NCBI GenBank assembly: GCA_963753435.1
Contig: CAVWCF010000002.1
Location: 64,001 to 128,000 of the forward strand
Origin: an uncultured Actinomycetota bacterium
GTDB lineage: Bacteria > Actinomycetota > Actinomycetes > CAVWCF01
DNA: 64,000 nucleotides
Direction: 5' to 3'
The stretch's first letter is position 1. Each line of letters opens with the position of its first letter. This document shows, in pieces, positions 29,871 to 39,887 of the stretch. Position numbers and translations under genes: made by a program. The notes under the pieces were generated by a model. It was not told the origin of the DNA. It saw nothing but the letters and a program-made list of their open reading frames with translations, and searched no databases.

Positions 29871-31214
29871 TCAGTTCTCCGAACTCGAAACGGCAGATGT
29901 CACGACGCGAACCTTGCCACCTTGATGGTCGATACGCGCAACGCGAACCACGTCCACCCGGACCTGGTCGTCGAAGAGCCCGGCCAGTCGAGCAACTGCT
30001 TGCTGGATGGCTCGATCGACGGCTTCCGATTCGGCCGTCGGCACACACACGAGGGTTATGGACATGTCCTGGTGCTGTTGGATCTGGAACTGACTGACTG
30101 CTGTTGGCATGTGGTTGAACAGGCCGGTTAGTCCGCCTGCCACAACTCGGCCCCCTGGACCGTGTAGCGCGTCCGATTGGCGACCCTCGATCGGCCCGAT
30201 TCGGGGGAGCCCCATGCCGCAGTCACAGAGCCCGTGAATCGGGGAGGTGAGGTCGCCCATTCGGTAGCGGATGATCGGCTGGACTCGGTTGGTGAGGTCG
30301 GTGACTGTTACCTCGCCGATCTCTCCATTTGCGACGCTACGGCCGTCCTCACCCAGGCACTCAACGACGCGGACGTCGGCCAGCACATGCAGACCCGATT
30401 GCTCGCGGCATTCCGCGGCCATCCACGTCACCTCGGCGCTTCGGTAGGAGTCGTACACCGGCGCCGCTAGTGCCGCCTCGATGGTGGCGCGGTGCGCCGT
30501 TGTCACGGGCGCGGCGGTGACTGCTATGGCCCGGGGCGGTTCAAGTCTCAAGCTGGTCTGTGCGGCAAATCGGGCGAATTCCAGGACTCCGCCCAAGTAC
30601 CCGGTGAGCAGTGCTGGTCGGACGCGGCTCCACTCATCGCAGAAGGCGCTCAGCGCATCCGGTGTCATGTTCCAGGCGTCCAGCTGCACTTGCTTTGTGG
30701 GCCACCATTGCAGGCGGTGCACGAAGTCGTCTCGTCGGGACCTGACTTGCCGGTAGATGACCGCGGAGTTCTCCGCGGGGGATACCCCCCACCAGCGATA
30801 GACCTGGCGCCACATTGCTGCAATAGGTGAGCGCCGATCGTGAAGGACCGTCAGGGGCTCCCCGGTACTGCCGCCGGTGGTGGAAGGGATGCCATGACTC
30901 GGGCGTGCCGCGGTGGAACGCATCTCATCGCCGTGGTGCCGGAGGTCTGTTTTCGAGACGCGGGGCAGTTGATCGAAGACGTCCGCGTGTCGCAGATCGC
31001 TCTCGGTGAAGCCGGCCGCGCTGTAGAGGTGGTTGTAGAAAGGCGTCGTGCGAAAGGCGTAGAGCGCCATGGCCATTGACTTGCGGCGCTGGAGACGTGC
31101 GATCTCGTCCGCTGAGGACACTTCCGAGTCCGCCAACTCAGCTGAGAGTCGAAGCACACCACGACCGGCGGCGGCCATCTTGGCCGCGTAGAGGCGCTCA
31201 GACAGGGTGCCCAT
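29871..31214 (-). CDS. Phenylacetate-CoA-ligase-like / CapK family adenylating protein
   Basis: TTGGSTGEP P-loop, YRSAE, VTDLTN..QPIIRYRMGD, IEGRQSD, FQIQQ. Confidence 0.88.
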   Translation of the reverse strand: MGTLSERLYAAKMAAAGRGVLRLSAELADSEVSSADEIARLQRRKSMAMALYAFRTTPFYNHLYSAAGFTESDLRHADVFDQLPRVSKTDLRHHGDEMRSTAARPSHGIPSTTGGSTGEPLTVLHDRRSPIAAMWRQVYRWWGVSPAENSAVIYRQVRSRRDDFVHRLQWWPTKQVQLDAWNMTPDALSAFCDEWSRVRPALLTGYLGGVLEFARFAAQTSLRLEPPRAIAVTAAPVTTAHRATIEAALAAPVYDSYRSAEVTWMAAECREQSGLHVLADVRVVECLGEDGRSVANGEIGEVTVTDLTNRVQPIIRYRMGDLTSPIHGLCDCGMGLPRIGPIEGRQSDALHGPGGRVVAGGLTGLFNHMPTAVSQFQIQQHQDMSITLVCVPTAESEAVDRAIQQAVARLAGLFDDQVRVDVVRVARIDHQGGKVRVVTSAVSSSEN

Positions 31215-31326
31215 TGCGTTCCCCCTCGAAATCGGCTGCGGGCGGCAGAGCGATCCGCCTGGGGCCGACTGCGCTCAGGTTATCTATCTTAGGTGGACCT
31301 GAGAACTGAGGGGAGCGCCTCCTGAA

Positions 31327-33858
31327 TCAGCTGGGCATGGCGTACACGCGCACGTAGTCGACCTGCATGTCTATGTTGCTGGTGTACTCGCGGTGGTTCG
31401 GGTCGGGCAGTCCCATGAACGTCGGTGCCATTCCCACGTGCACGTTGAGCCGCATGTGCAGCGGCGACTGGAAACTCGGTCCCCAGAGTTGAGGAGTGTC
31501 CTGCGGTGTTGCCGAACCAAGCAGCCTTCCGTCGTAGTAGAGGCGGAAGTCGGTCGGCGTGTACTCCACCGCCCAAGTGTGGAAGTCGTTGGACACCGGG
31601 GAGGTGCGACCCTCCTCGGCGGACAGGTTCCACTCCTTCTTGACGTTGTTGGTACCGGTCGTGTCCGTGTGCACCGTTGTCGTGAATGTGCCGGGCCGGA
31701 ACCACTGGTTGACGATTGTGCTGGCAGGGCCTGAGCCCCACGCCTCGAAGATGTCGATCTCGCCCTTATCGGAGTTGCGCAGCCAAAATGCGGGCAGCAC
31801 TCCCAGCGAAGTCCCAGGCGCTGTCGGTACCTTCGCCCGAATCTCCCACCGTCCGTACCGTTGTGCGAACGCAGTGTTTCCGGCCTTCAGCGGGCGAGTG
31901 TCCATGTACCCCACCTTGTGCCAACGGGGCGCGGTTCCGTATGTCTGATCGACTGGCTCATCCAGCCAGTCCGCCCGCAAGTGCGCAACGCCGCCTGAGA
32001 CAGAGACCTGACCCGCGTCCGGGACCGCCGCGTCAGGGAGCAGTCCCAGATCGCTGCGGCTGCGCACATTCCAGCGTGCGGGATCGATCGCAGACCCCTC
32101 GAACTCGTCGCTCCAGACCGGCGCTCCCCAGTACTCGAGGCTGCCCGGGGCGACAGGGGCGACAGGGGCCTCAGCACTTGTAGCCACACTGACTACGCCC
32201 GCGGGTGAGACCTGACCTGAGGCAGAAATGCCGACGACTGAGTATTCGTACGTCGTTGCGGGTTGCAGGCCGCTGTCGCTGTACGTGTAGGGAGTCTGCC
32301 CGGCGGGGACGGTCGCGACCACGGTGCCATCGCGACTCAACCTGTACTGCGCAGCAATCGAATCCGGTGCGTCGCTCCAACTGAGTTCGGCAGTCGTCTG
32401 CCCAGTTGACTGACCCGAAATCTCCGGGGCCGCAAGTGGCTCGGACACGATCGTGTCGTAGGTGAGGTCGAAACTGACGTCGCGGGTGGCGCGGTAGTTG
32501 AGGTGGGTTTCGGCTGCGACGACGTTGCGTCCGGGACGGAGCAACTTGGTCGGGACGTCGAAAACGCTCCAGTTCGCGTCGGCGTACGTTGCAGTCGGTG
32601 CCGGGTAGGCGTAGGTGTTGGCGGTTACTTCACCGTCGGGGAGGTTGGTGCGTCCCACCTCGGTTCCGTTGACGAAGACGATCACCCCGTCATTCGCGAT
32701 CACGCTGATTGCGCCGGTGGCGACGGCGGCGGGGTCGGCGATCTGGAAGTCCCGACGGAACTGGATCGCCAGGGGGCGCTTGCTCGGGGCTCCGACGCTG
32801 ACGTCGGTGCCGACGGAGGTTCCCCAGCCCAGCACGGCGTTGCCCTGCCGCCAGGAGGAGTCGTCGAATCCGGTGGTCCGCCAGTCAGCTGGCGGTGCGG
32901 CCGAGTCGTACCTCCACTGCCACGAGGCGCCGGCCGAGACCGGCTGGGCAGCGGTGATACCTGCAGGGTCGGCTGTGGTCGCTTGCGCCTCGCCAGACCC
33001 TGACTTGCGCCCCAGCGAGTCAACACCGACCACGGAGTAGTTGTAGGTGGTTCCAGCGTTGAGCGAGGTGTCCGAGAACTGTCGAGTGGTGACCGGGACG
33101 GTCGCGAGGGGCGCATCGTCCCGGGTCACCTGGTACTGCGTTGCTGTCGTCGCTTCAGCGTCCGTCCACGTCAAGTCAACCCGGTCTGCCCCTTGGGCGG
33201 TGGCGGCAACCACCGGGGTGGGCGGCGGCATTGTCTCCAAGATGTCGTAGGTGAGGTCGAAACTGACGTCGCGGGTGGCGCGGTAGTTGAGGTGGGTTTC
33301 GGCTGCGACGACGTTGCGTCCGGGACGGAGCAACTTGGTCGGGACGTCGAAAACGCTCCAGTTCGCGTCGGCGTACGTTGCAGTCGGTGCCGGGTAGGCG
33401 TAGGTGTTGGCGGTTACTTCACCGTCGGGGAGGTTGGTGCGTCCCACCTCGGTTCCGTTGACGAAGACGATCACCCCGTCATTCGCGATCACGCTGATTG
33501 CGCCGGTGGCGACGGCGGCGGGGTCGGCGATCTGGAAGTCCCGACGGAACTGGATCGCCAGGGGGCGCTTGCTCGGGGCTCCGACGCTGACGTCGGTGCC
33601 GACGGAGGTTCCCCAGCCCAGCACGGCGTTGCCCTGCCGCCAGGAGGAGTCGTCGAATCCGGTGGTCCGCCAGTCAGCTGGCGGTGCGGCCGAGTCGTAC
33701 CTCCACTGCCACGAGGCGCCGGCCGAGACCGGCTGGGAGACCCGATACGGCTCAAAGGCCGGTGCGTCGTCTGCATCTGCCACGCTGCTCACGACAGCGA
33801 CGGACCCCACGAGCGCCACTGCCGTGGCGAGAGCGGTCGTCTTCCGAGTGTGGCGCAT
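31327..33858 (-). CDS. Secreted protein: (module-FN3)x2 + C-terminal GH16 domain
   Basis: ATG 33858 with AGGAG RBS and signal peptide; WSDEF, YGRWEIRAK, PAFWL, GEIDIFE (ExDxxE), FHTWAVEYTP, VDYVRVY. Confidence 0.87.
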   Translation of the reverse strand: MRHTRKTTALATAVALVGSVAVVSSVADADDAPAFEPYRVSQPVSAGASWQWRYDSAAPPADWRTTGFDDSSWRQGNAVLGWGTSVGTDVSVGAPSKRPLAIQFRRDFQIADPAAVATGAISVIANDGVIVFVNGTEVGRTNLPDGEVTANTYAYPAPTATYADANWSVFDVPTKLLRPGRNVVAAETHLNYRATRDVSFDLTYDILETMPPPTPVVAATAQGADRVDLTWTDAEATTATQYQVTRDDAPLATVPVTTRQFSDTSLNAGTTYNYSVVGVDSLGRKSGSGEAQATTADPAGITAAQPVSAGASWQWRYDSAAPPADWRTTGFDDSSWRQGNAVLGWGTSVGTDVSVGAPSKRPLAIQFRRDFQIADPAAVATGAISVIANDGVIVFVNGTEVGRTNLPDGEVTANTYAYPAPTATYADANWSVFDVPTKLLRPGRNVVAAETHLNYRATRDVSFDLTYDTIVSEPLAAPEISGQSTGQTTAELSWSDAPDSIAAQYRLSRDGTVVATVPAGQTPYTYSDSGLQPATTYEYSVVGISASGQVSPAGVVSVATSAEAPVAPVAPGSLEYWGAPVWSDEFEGSAIDPARWNVRSRSDLGLLPDAAVPDAGQVSVSGGVAHLRADWLDEPVDQTYGTAPRWHKVGYMDTRPLKAGNTAFAQRYGRWEIRAKVPTAPGTSLGVLPAFWLRNSDKGEIDIFEAWGSGPASTIVNQWFRPGTFTTTVHTDTTGTNNVKKEWNLSAEEGRTSPVSNDFHTWAVEYTPTDFRLYYDGRLLGSATPQDTPQLWGPSFQSPLHMRLNVHVGMAPTFMGLPDPNHREYTSNIDMQVDYVRVYAMPS
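32454..33737. repeat. 495-bp direct repeat, copies 32454-32948 and 33243-33737
   Basis: Copies appear identical by eye (offset 789); each encodes the same ~165-aa module. Confidence 0.92.
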
Positions 33859-34191
33859 ATTGGTGCTCCTGCCCTCTGATCTCGCGGCAACCCGCCCTAA
33901 CTTGGACCCTTTCGGCCAATTCGGGGTTGGTCTTGAGCGTCCGACCGATTGCGAACGGCCTCCGGCACGCTGCCGCCTTCGCTGCCGACCCTGCTCTAGG
34001 CGCGATGGGGGGGAACAATGCGTGGGGGCGCAGCAAAGGTCAAGTTGATCACCCGCAGTTCTGCGAAGGCCTGAAACCGGTGTGACGAGTCGTGGTGGTG
34101 TGCTGCCGCGCGGAATGTGAGATCGCAAGCGAGGGAGATGGCACTTCATCGCGAGGGGCCGCGGCCCATGGCCAATTCGAACTAGGCGGCG

Positions 34192-34749
34192 TCACCGCTG
34201 TGTCAGGTGCAGCAAGGTGCGCCAGGCGCGGGCCGCCATGGTCCGTCTGTCAAGTCTTGGTGGCAACTGAGCAAGCGCCGTCTGCGCGTTGTGGGCGCCG
34301 GGAGTCGGCGGAGTGCCGTCAGATCGGGTCGGCAATCGACCCGCAACCGCGTCCGTGAGGGCTTCGTGAAGCGTCGCCGCCGTTTCCACCGTGTGCGCGG
34401 CCCCCAGGATCGCCAACTCACGAGCGAACTCGAGTTGATGGCGATCGACCACCTCACCGAGATCAGGTCGTCTGGGCACGAGAATGGGGATGCGAGACCG
34501 GCTTCGTGCGTCCATGACGCCACCGGCCCCGCCCTGGAGGACGATGGCGTCTGCCTCGTCGTAGAGACGCATGAGGTCTCCGTGGGGGACCATGGTGACG
34601 TTGCGTGCGCCGGGTACCGGGGATGACGTTCCGTGTTGCACGACCACATCAATGTCGGGATGACGTGCGATCCAGGGTTCCATCCACTGGCCAAGGCGCT
34701 CGAACGGAAGGTGGTAGGTGCCGGCGCTGACCAGAACGAGGCCCCTCAC
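34192..34749 (-). CDS. PssE/Cps14G-like glycosyltransferase subunit
   Basis: VSAGTYHLPFERL, VVVQHG, PILVPRR..LGEVVDRHQLEFA; GTG overlaps the upstream TGA. Confidence 0.82.
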   Translation of the reverse strand: MRGLVLVSAGTYHLPFERLGQWMEPWIARHPDIDVVVQHGTSSPVPGARNVTMVPHGDLMRLYDEADAIVLQGGAGGVMDARSRSRIPILVPRRPDLGEVVDRHQLEFARELAILGAAHTVETAATLHEALTDAVAGRLPTRSDGTPPTPGAHNAQTALAQLPPRLDRRTMAARAWRTLLHLTQR

Positions 34750-35195
34750 AGAACCATGCCAACCTCGTGTGCGTCGCGGAACCATCGTCCCAGCGCGGGC
34801 CATTGGATCATGAAGAGATCAGCGAATGGGTATACCAAGCGCCCGCTGAGCGAGGGGCTGGCGATCCGATCAACCGGCTCCAAGTGCGCCGTCCTTGCGC
34901 CGAACCGTCGCGCTTGGGCGAAGAAGGGCAGTGCGATCGCAGCACCCGTGCTGAGGATGAGGTCGGGTCGTTCGCGGGCAAGGACCTGCCGAGCGAGTCG
35001 GGTATTCCGGAGGAGGTTCGGCAGGTTCCGAACGGTCGGGTAATGGGCCTCCACAACCGTCTCGCCTTTCAGGCGATGGCGGGCGTCCTCAGTGGGAAGC
35101 GTCACCCAAGTCCGCTCGTGCTGCTCCCACCACGGTCGCAGAGCCCATGCCTGTGCGAGGTGTCCGCCGGAGGAGCACACAATCAAGACACGCAT
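34746..35195 (-). CDS. PssD/Cps14F (Alg14-like) glycosyltransferase subunit
   Basis: CSSGGHL, ILSTGAAIALPF, PSLSGRL, IQWP. Confidence 0.9.
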   Translation of the reverse strand: MRVLIVCSSGGHLAQAWALRPWWEQHERTWVTLPTEDARHRLKGETVVEAHYPTVRNLPNLLRNTRLARQVLARERPDLILSTGAAIALPFFAQARRFGARTAHLEPVDRIASPSLSGRLVYPFADLFMIQWPALGRWFRDAHEVGMVL

Positions 35196-35230
35196 GGTCC
35201 CTCATCGAAGCTTCTAGTGGGTGTAGGCAA

Positions 35231-36241
35231 TCAGATCCCCTTGCCGACACGTCGCGCAGCCTTCACGACGGTTTCCTTTTGGACCAGGCCGGTCGTGATC
35301 CCCAGAGCTAGGTAGGCCCGAATACGTGTCGGGTCGTGCTTGAGCGCGCTGCGTGCCCACCGTCGGGCGTCTCCGGTCTGACCCGCCGACGCGCGTGCGA
35401 AAGCGATCTGGGACTCGATGCGACCGATGGCTCGGCGGTCCTCCCCGAACTCCGGGTGCGTTCGGAGCAGGTACTCCAATGCCGTCGCGTACTGGTCCCA
35501 CTGGCCGAAGAAGTACGACTGGCCCTGCCACATCACTCTGACCAGTGGCCGGTTCACTACTTCGATCGGCGCGACTCTGGCGGTTCTCAGCAACAGGTCG
35601 TAGTCCTCGCCATAGCTTCCGGGGAGTTGCTCGTCGAGCATGCCGACGGGTCCGATGAGGGCCTGTCGGCGGAACAAGAAACTGCTGGAGTGAAGCCCGG
35701 CGAGTCGGTCGCGCAGCAGTGCACCGTGAGTAATCCGTGAAGTGGGAAGCAGGCGGTCGTGTTGACGACCTTCGCCCTCGACGGTCATGGCAGTGCCGAT
35801 GAGAACAGCCTCCGGGCACTCCCGTGCCCTTTGGACTTGTAGGGCAAGTTTGTCGGGAAGCCAGTAGTCGTCGTCGTCCAGGAAGGCCACCCAATCGTGG
35901 GAGGACGCAAGGATTCCTGTGTTCCGCGCCCCGGCGAGTCCACGAGTCCGGGTGTTGGACAGCGGTCGGATAACCCGATTGGGTGGTAGTGCGATCTGGG
36001 GTAGCTCGGGCTCGCAGGCGTCGAATACGACGATTACCTCGATGTCACCCTCATACGTTTGAGCAAGCACGCTGCTCAGGGCGCGCCTCATTAGTTGTGG
36101 GCGGTTGTGCGTCGGGATGATCACCGTAACAGGCGGAATGGACACTGCGCTCCCGTTCCCTTGATGGGTGACCGCCACACGGTCACTGGGCTTGATGAAC
36201 GGTAACCTGGGAGTTTCCGTGGGCGTGCTATCGACGATCAT
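35231..36241 (-). CDS. GT2 family glycosyltransferase
   Basis: VIIPTHNR, GLAGARNTG, AFLDDDD, EDYDLLLR; exact start uncertain. Confidence 0.9.
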   Translation of the reverse strand: MIVDSTPTETPRLPFIKPSDRVAVTHQGNGSAVSIPPVTVIIPTHNRPQLMRRALSSVLAQTYEGDIEVIVVFDACEPELPQIALPPNRVIRPLSNTRTRGLAGARNTGILASSHDWVAFLDDDDYWLPDKLALQVQRARECPEAVLIGTAMTVEGEGRQHDRLLPTSRITHGALLRDRLAGLHSSSFLFRRQALIGPVGMLDEQLPGSYGEDYDLLLRTARVAPIEVVNRPLVRVMWQGQSYFFGQWDQYATALEYLLRTHPEFGEDRRAIGRIESQIAFARASAGQTGDARRWARSALKHDPTRIRAYLALGITTGLVQKETVVKAARRVGKGI

Positions 36242-37760
36242 GCGATGCCGATTCTTTGGTGATCCGGTTGCGCAAGAGTTGCCACAACTTCCCAATGCCT
36301 AGCGGCTCTCGTAAGAACCAGAGCGCCACGAGGTAGAGCGAACCCGCCGCGATGAGCATGACCAAGAGCGCAGCGAATGTCGAACCCAGTGTCAGCCGTA
36401 CGAGGGAACCGACGACTCCGAACACGACTAGTGGGAGGGCCATTGCCGGCAGCAGGGAGCGCAGGCTCAACCTGACGCCGATCGAATGATGCACCTGCAC
36501 GGACGCAAGGAGTGTGTCCACCAGGACCACGACCACCCAGGCAACTGCGGCGCCGATCGTGCCCCAAAGCGGCACGAGCAGCAGCGACAGCCCGATGCTC
36601 AGGCCGAGAGCCAGTCCTTTGTTCCCCATCTGCCAACTGGGACGTCCGCCCTGGATGAGGATGCTCTGGAGCATTCCGGCGGCGGCGGCGACCATCATCA
36701 CAGTGGCCAGCAGCGCCAACACCGGTGCGCCTCGCTCGAAGCCGGCCCCAAATATGCTCATTACTGCAGGACCCATGATGGCGAGGGTCAGGTAGTAGGG
36801 CCAGGTGAGAAGGACGATCGTTCGCGCGGCTGAGGTGTGCAACTGGGTGGCCGCAGGCCGCTCGTCTCGAGCGAGCATCGCTGAGATTGTGGGGCTGGCT
36901 GCGATCCGTGCAGCGCGGTCAACCACCTGGCCAGCTCTAACTGCACGTGTCGCCACCGCGTACACGCCGGCATCGGCGGCGGACGTCAGCGCTCCCACGA
37001 TGATGACGTCCGCCCACTGCAACCCAACCTCAGCTGCGCTGCCGAATGCACGGGCGGTACAGAATGCCCAGAAGGATCGTGCGCCGTCCCGCCAGCGATT
37101 CGAAGGAGGCCGAAGCCTGAGGTCGGCTAGCACCGGGCGGACAAGCAGCCCGATCGTCACGGCGAGCCAGAACGGCAGGGGCGCCGCCCATGCCAGCGTC
37201 GTTCCTTCGACACCGACGCCGAGGACGACAGTGAAGAGCACGACCAGCGCGAGCCGGCTTGCGGGCTGGCCGATGCTCTGAACCAAGGAAAACGGCGCTA
37301 TGCCGCGGACCATGCGTAGTTGGCTCTGCAGCACGCCAAGCACGGGTGCTATGGCCAGGAAGGGGGCCAGGATGCGGATCAAGGTTGCGAGATCCTCTGC
37401 CTCTCCGGTGGCGCCAAAGAGATCACCTAGCGGCCCCGCTAGCGCGAACGCAAGCGCCGCAACAAGGCAGGAGGCTATGGACACGGGGGTTGCCGCCTGA
37501 GCAAGAGTCTGGGTCTGCAGCCCGCTACGTCCGAAGGCGTCTTGCTCGGCGAGGTACTTGACGATCCCGCTTCCAGTCCCGAGCTTCAGAACCTCAGTCG
37601 CGATCATGAACAGCGCGATCGCCTGGAAGAGCGATCCGGTGTCGCTAGTGCCCAGGTTGCGCGCAACGATCGTGGTGAGAAGCAGCGCGGCGACTGCCGA
37701 GAAAGCTGATGCCATGAGGCTTAGCGCCCCGGCATGGGCCAACCGCTCCGGCCGCGTCAC
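36228..37760 (-). CDS. Wzx-type oligosaccharide flippase
   Basis: ~12-14 TM helices, ARNLG...G, DVIIVG...AGVYAVA, LVPLWG.IGAAVA; GTG overlaps the upstream TGA. Confidence 0.85.
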   Translation of the reverse strand: MTRPERLAHAGALSLMASAFSAVAALLLTTIVARNLGTSDTGSLFQAIALFMIATEVLKLGTGSGIVKYLAEQDAFGRSGLQTQTLAQAATPVSIASCLVAALAFALAGPLGDLFGATGEAEDLATLIRILAPFLAIAPVLGVLQSQLRMVRGIAPFSLVQSIGQPASRLALVVLFTVVLGVGVEGTTLAWAAPLPFWLAVTIGLLVRPVLADLRLRPPSNRWRDGARSFWAFCTARAFGSAAEVGLQWADVIIVGALTSAADAGVYAVATRAVRAGQVVDRAARIAASPTISAMLARDERPAATQLHTSAARTIVLLTWPYYLTLAIMGPAVMSIFGAGFERGAPVLALLATVMMVAAAAGMLQSILIQGGRPSWQMGNKGLALGLSIGLSLLLVPLWGTIGAAVAWVVVVLVDTLLASVQVHHSIGVRLSLRSLLPAMALPLVVFGVVGSLVRLTLGSTFAALLVMLIAAGSLYLVALWFLREPLGIGKLWQLLRNRITKESASHDRR

Positions 37761-39071
37761 GGCGGCTTGGGGGTGGGCCAGAGTCGGGAACGGCCTGTCT
37801 CGCGTTCCCGAAGCAGCAGCGCGGTTACGAAGGCGAAGGGCAATAGCAGTCGGTCGAGCCCGTAGTAGAGGCTCATCACGACTGCTGTGACCAAGGCGGT
37901 GTGCAGCCACAAGCCCGCCAGAGTTGGCACTCTGGCGGTCCTGATCGCGGCGCCGACGATGAAGATGAGGAAGAGGGCAAGCCCAACGAATCCGAAACTG
38001 AACATCGCGTTCCAGACGGCGCCTTGGGTCCCGGCCGCGATCTCGCTGGTGAGAGCCGGGCGTGGAGCCCCGTAGCCCAATACCGGTGAGTCCAGGGTCC
38101 GTTCCAGCGTCTCCCGATACAGGTTTGCGCGGCCCGCGCTCGTGTCGACCACATCCTGCCTGGCCGCGATCTGGTTGTTGAACCCAAGCGCGACGAGCAG
38201 GGCCAGGATTCCGGCGGCTCCGAGTCCGACGGATGCAACGAGTCGCCAGTGTCCCCTCATCAACAGCCGCAGCAGCAGGTAGGAAGTGCCGACGACGAGT
38301 GCGATGTACATGCCTCGGTTCGACGTGACCACCGCCGGTGGAAGCGCCGCGGCCAGTGCGAGCAGGGTCAGCATGAGTGATTGTCGAGTCCCACGGTAGA
38401 GGGCGGCGCCGATCGCTACGGGCGTGAGGAATGCCATTGCCGCCCCCCACCCGTTCGCATACGCGAAAGGTGCCGATGGGCGCAGGAACGGCTCGATTGC
38501 TCCGAAAGGAGTCTGCACTTCAGCAAACGGTGGGAAGGCGAGGTCGCTGATGTAGTCGTTGGCCAGCAACTGCGCGGGGAGGAGACGCCCAACGGTTGCG
38601 GTCAGTCGGGTGTCGGGCCACAACATTCCGAGGTATCCACCGACGATCACGAACACCCAATATGCGGTCAGCGCGTCGAGGATCTTCCGCGCGGTGAGGC
38701 TGCGTGCGTTCACGATGTAGATCATCAGTAGGGCGATTGCCGCGTACTGCCCGAAGCGAAGCCCGTAGCCGACGAGTCGGCCTGGGGTATCGATCATGAC
38801 CGCACAGGCCATCGTCCACATAAGGAATGCCACAAACGGCAGGATCCCCGGAACGAGTACGAGGGATTGCTGCCTGAGCAGGAGCGCCCCTAGTAGTAGC
38901 GCAGCGACGGGCAAGTAGAACGACGCAAGGCCAAGTGCCCAGAAGGCGGGTATCCCGGCAGAGCAGTACGAGCGCGGGCCAGGCGCGGAGTGGCGGCGCG
39001 AGTGCCGGCTGGGTGGCGACTGCTGGCGGCGATTCCTCTCTCCCTTCTAGTCGCCTTCTAGCGACGCTCAC
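37757..39071 (-). CDS. Wzy/O-antigen-ligase-like polymerase, +1 frameshift near 38960
   Basis: N-terminal AWPALVLL joins AGIPAFWALGL after removing one base; RPSAPFAYANGWG, TSNRG, SPVLGYG; span 1315 = 3n+1. Confidence 0.75.
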
Positions 39072-39817
39072 GGCGCTCTGGATGAAGTCGAGTCGCCGGC
39101 CTGGCGACCGAGGGCTCGGTATTTGCGGCTCAATGAAGGCACGGCTATGCACAGGGTGATAGCGAAGATCGCGGTGTACCCAGTAGCGAAGACGGCAGTC
39201 AGTGGTAGCAGCGCGACCACGAGGTACAACGTACCGACGTCGTAGGGCAGTTTCATGAAGGACACCCATATCGCCGAGCCGGCGCCGGGCTGCTCGTTCG
39301 GACTGTCGAGCATCTTCTCCGCAAGGATCTGCCCGAAGAACCAGACCGACGAAACCAACATGTAGGCCAGGGCGACCCCGACCAGCCACGAGGGGCTGTT
39401 CCACACTCGCGCGACGTGGACGGCGATTGCCAGATGGACCCCCGGCAGCCGGAAGGCGTCGACCAGATGATCCAGCCATTCACCAGCTGCCGTGCTCGCT
39501 TGCGTGAGGCGAGCCAGTTGACCGTCGGCTGAGTCCAATGCGTAGCCGATCAGGAGGAGCAGTGATCCGCTGAGTGCGACAGCCCAGCTCCCCGTGCCCA
39601 GCGCGATGACGACGAGGGCCGCCAGGGACGACGCACCGCTGAGCAGTGTGACCTGTGTGGGGCTCCAGCCGAATGAGTAGGCGGCCGCAGCTGCCCGGCG
39701 CCCTAGGCCTCGATTGACCCACCGAAGGTAGGCGGGTACGCCGTTGCCGGGCTTCTGTGCAGCTGCGAGCCGACTGGCCGCCTCGGCGTACCGCCGTTTT
39801 GTGTCTCCTCCGGACAT
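39068..39817 (-). CDS. CDP-alcohol phosphotransferase family protein
   Basis: Signature DSADGQLAR-x7-GEWLDHLVD; TM helices. Confidence 0.9.
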   Translation of the reverse strand: MSGGDTKRRYAEAASRLAAAQKPGNGVPAYLRWVNRGLGRRAAAAAYSFGWSPTQVTLLSGASSLAALVVIALGTGSWAVALSGSLLLLIGYALDSADGQLARLTQASTAAGEWLDHLVDAFRLPGVHLAIAVHVARVWNSPSWLVGVALAYMLVSSVWFFGQILAEKMLDSPNEQPGAGSAIWVSFMKLPYDVGTLYLVVALLPLTAVFATGYTAIFAITLCIAVPSLSRKYRALGRQAGDSTSSRAP

Positions 39818-39887
39818 CGACCAAACCCCCCGAGTGCTCGTCGCCCTAACTAGGCCGCTGACATGCCGAGATAATCAACCTCACGCA

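Noticed and set aside
36228-38450. 740-aa ORF as an extended flippase
   Set aside because: The N-terminal 230 aa overlap the polymerase gene out of frame; the GTG at 37760 gives a normal coupled start
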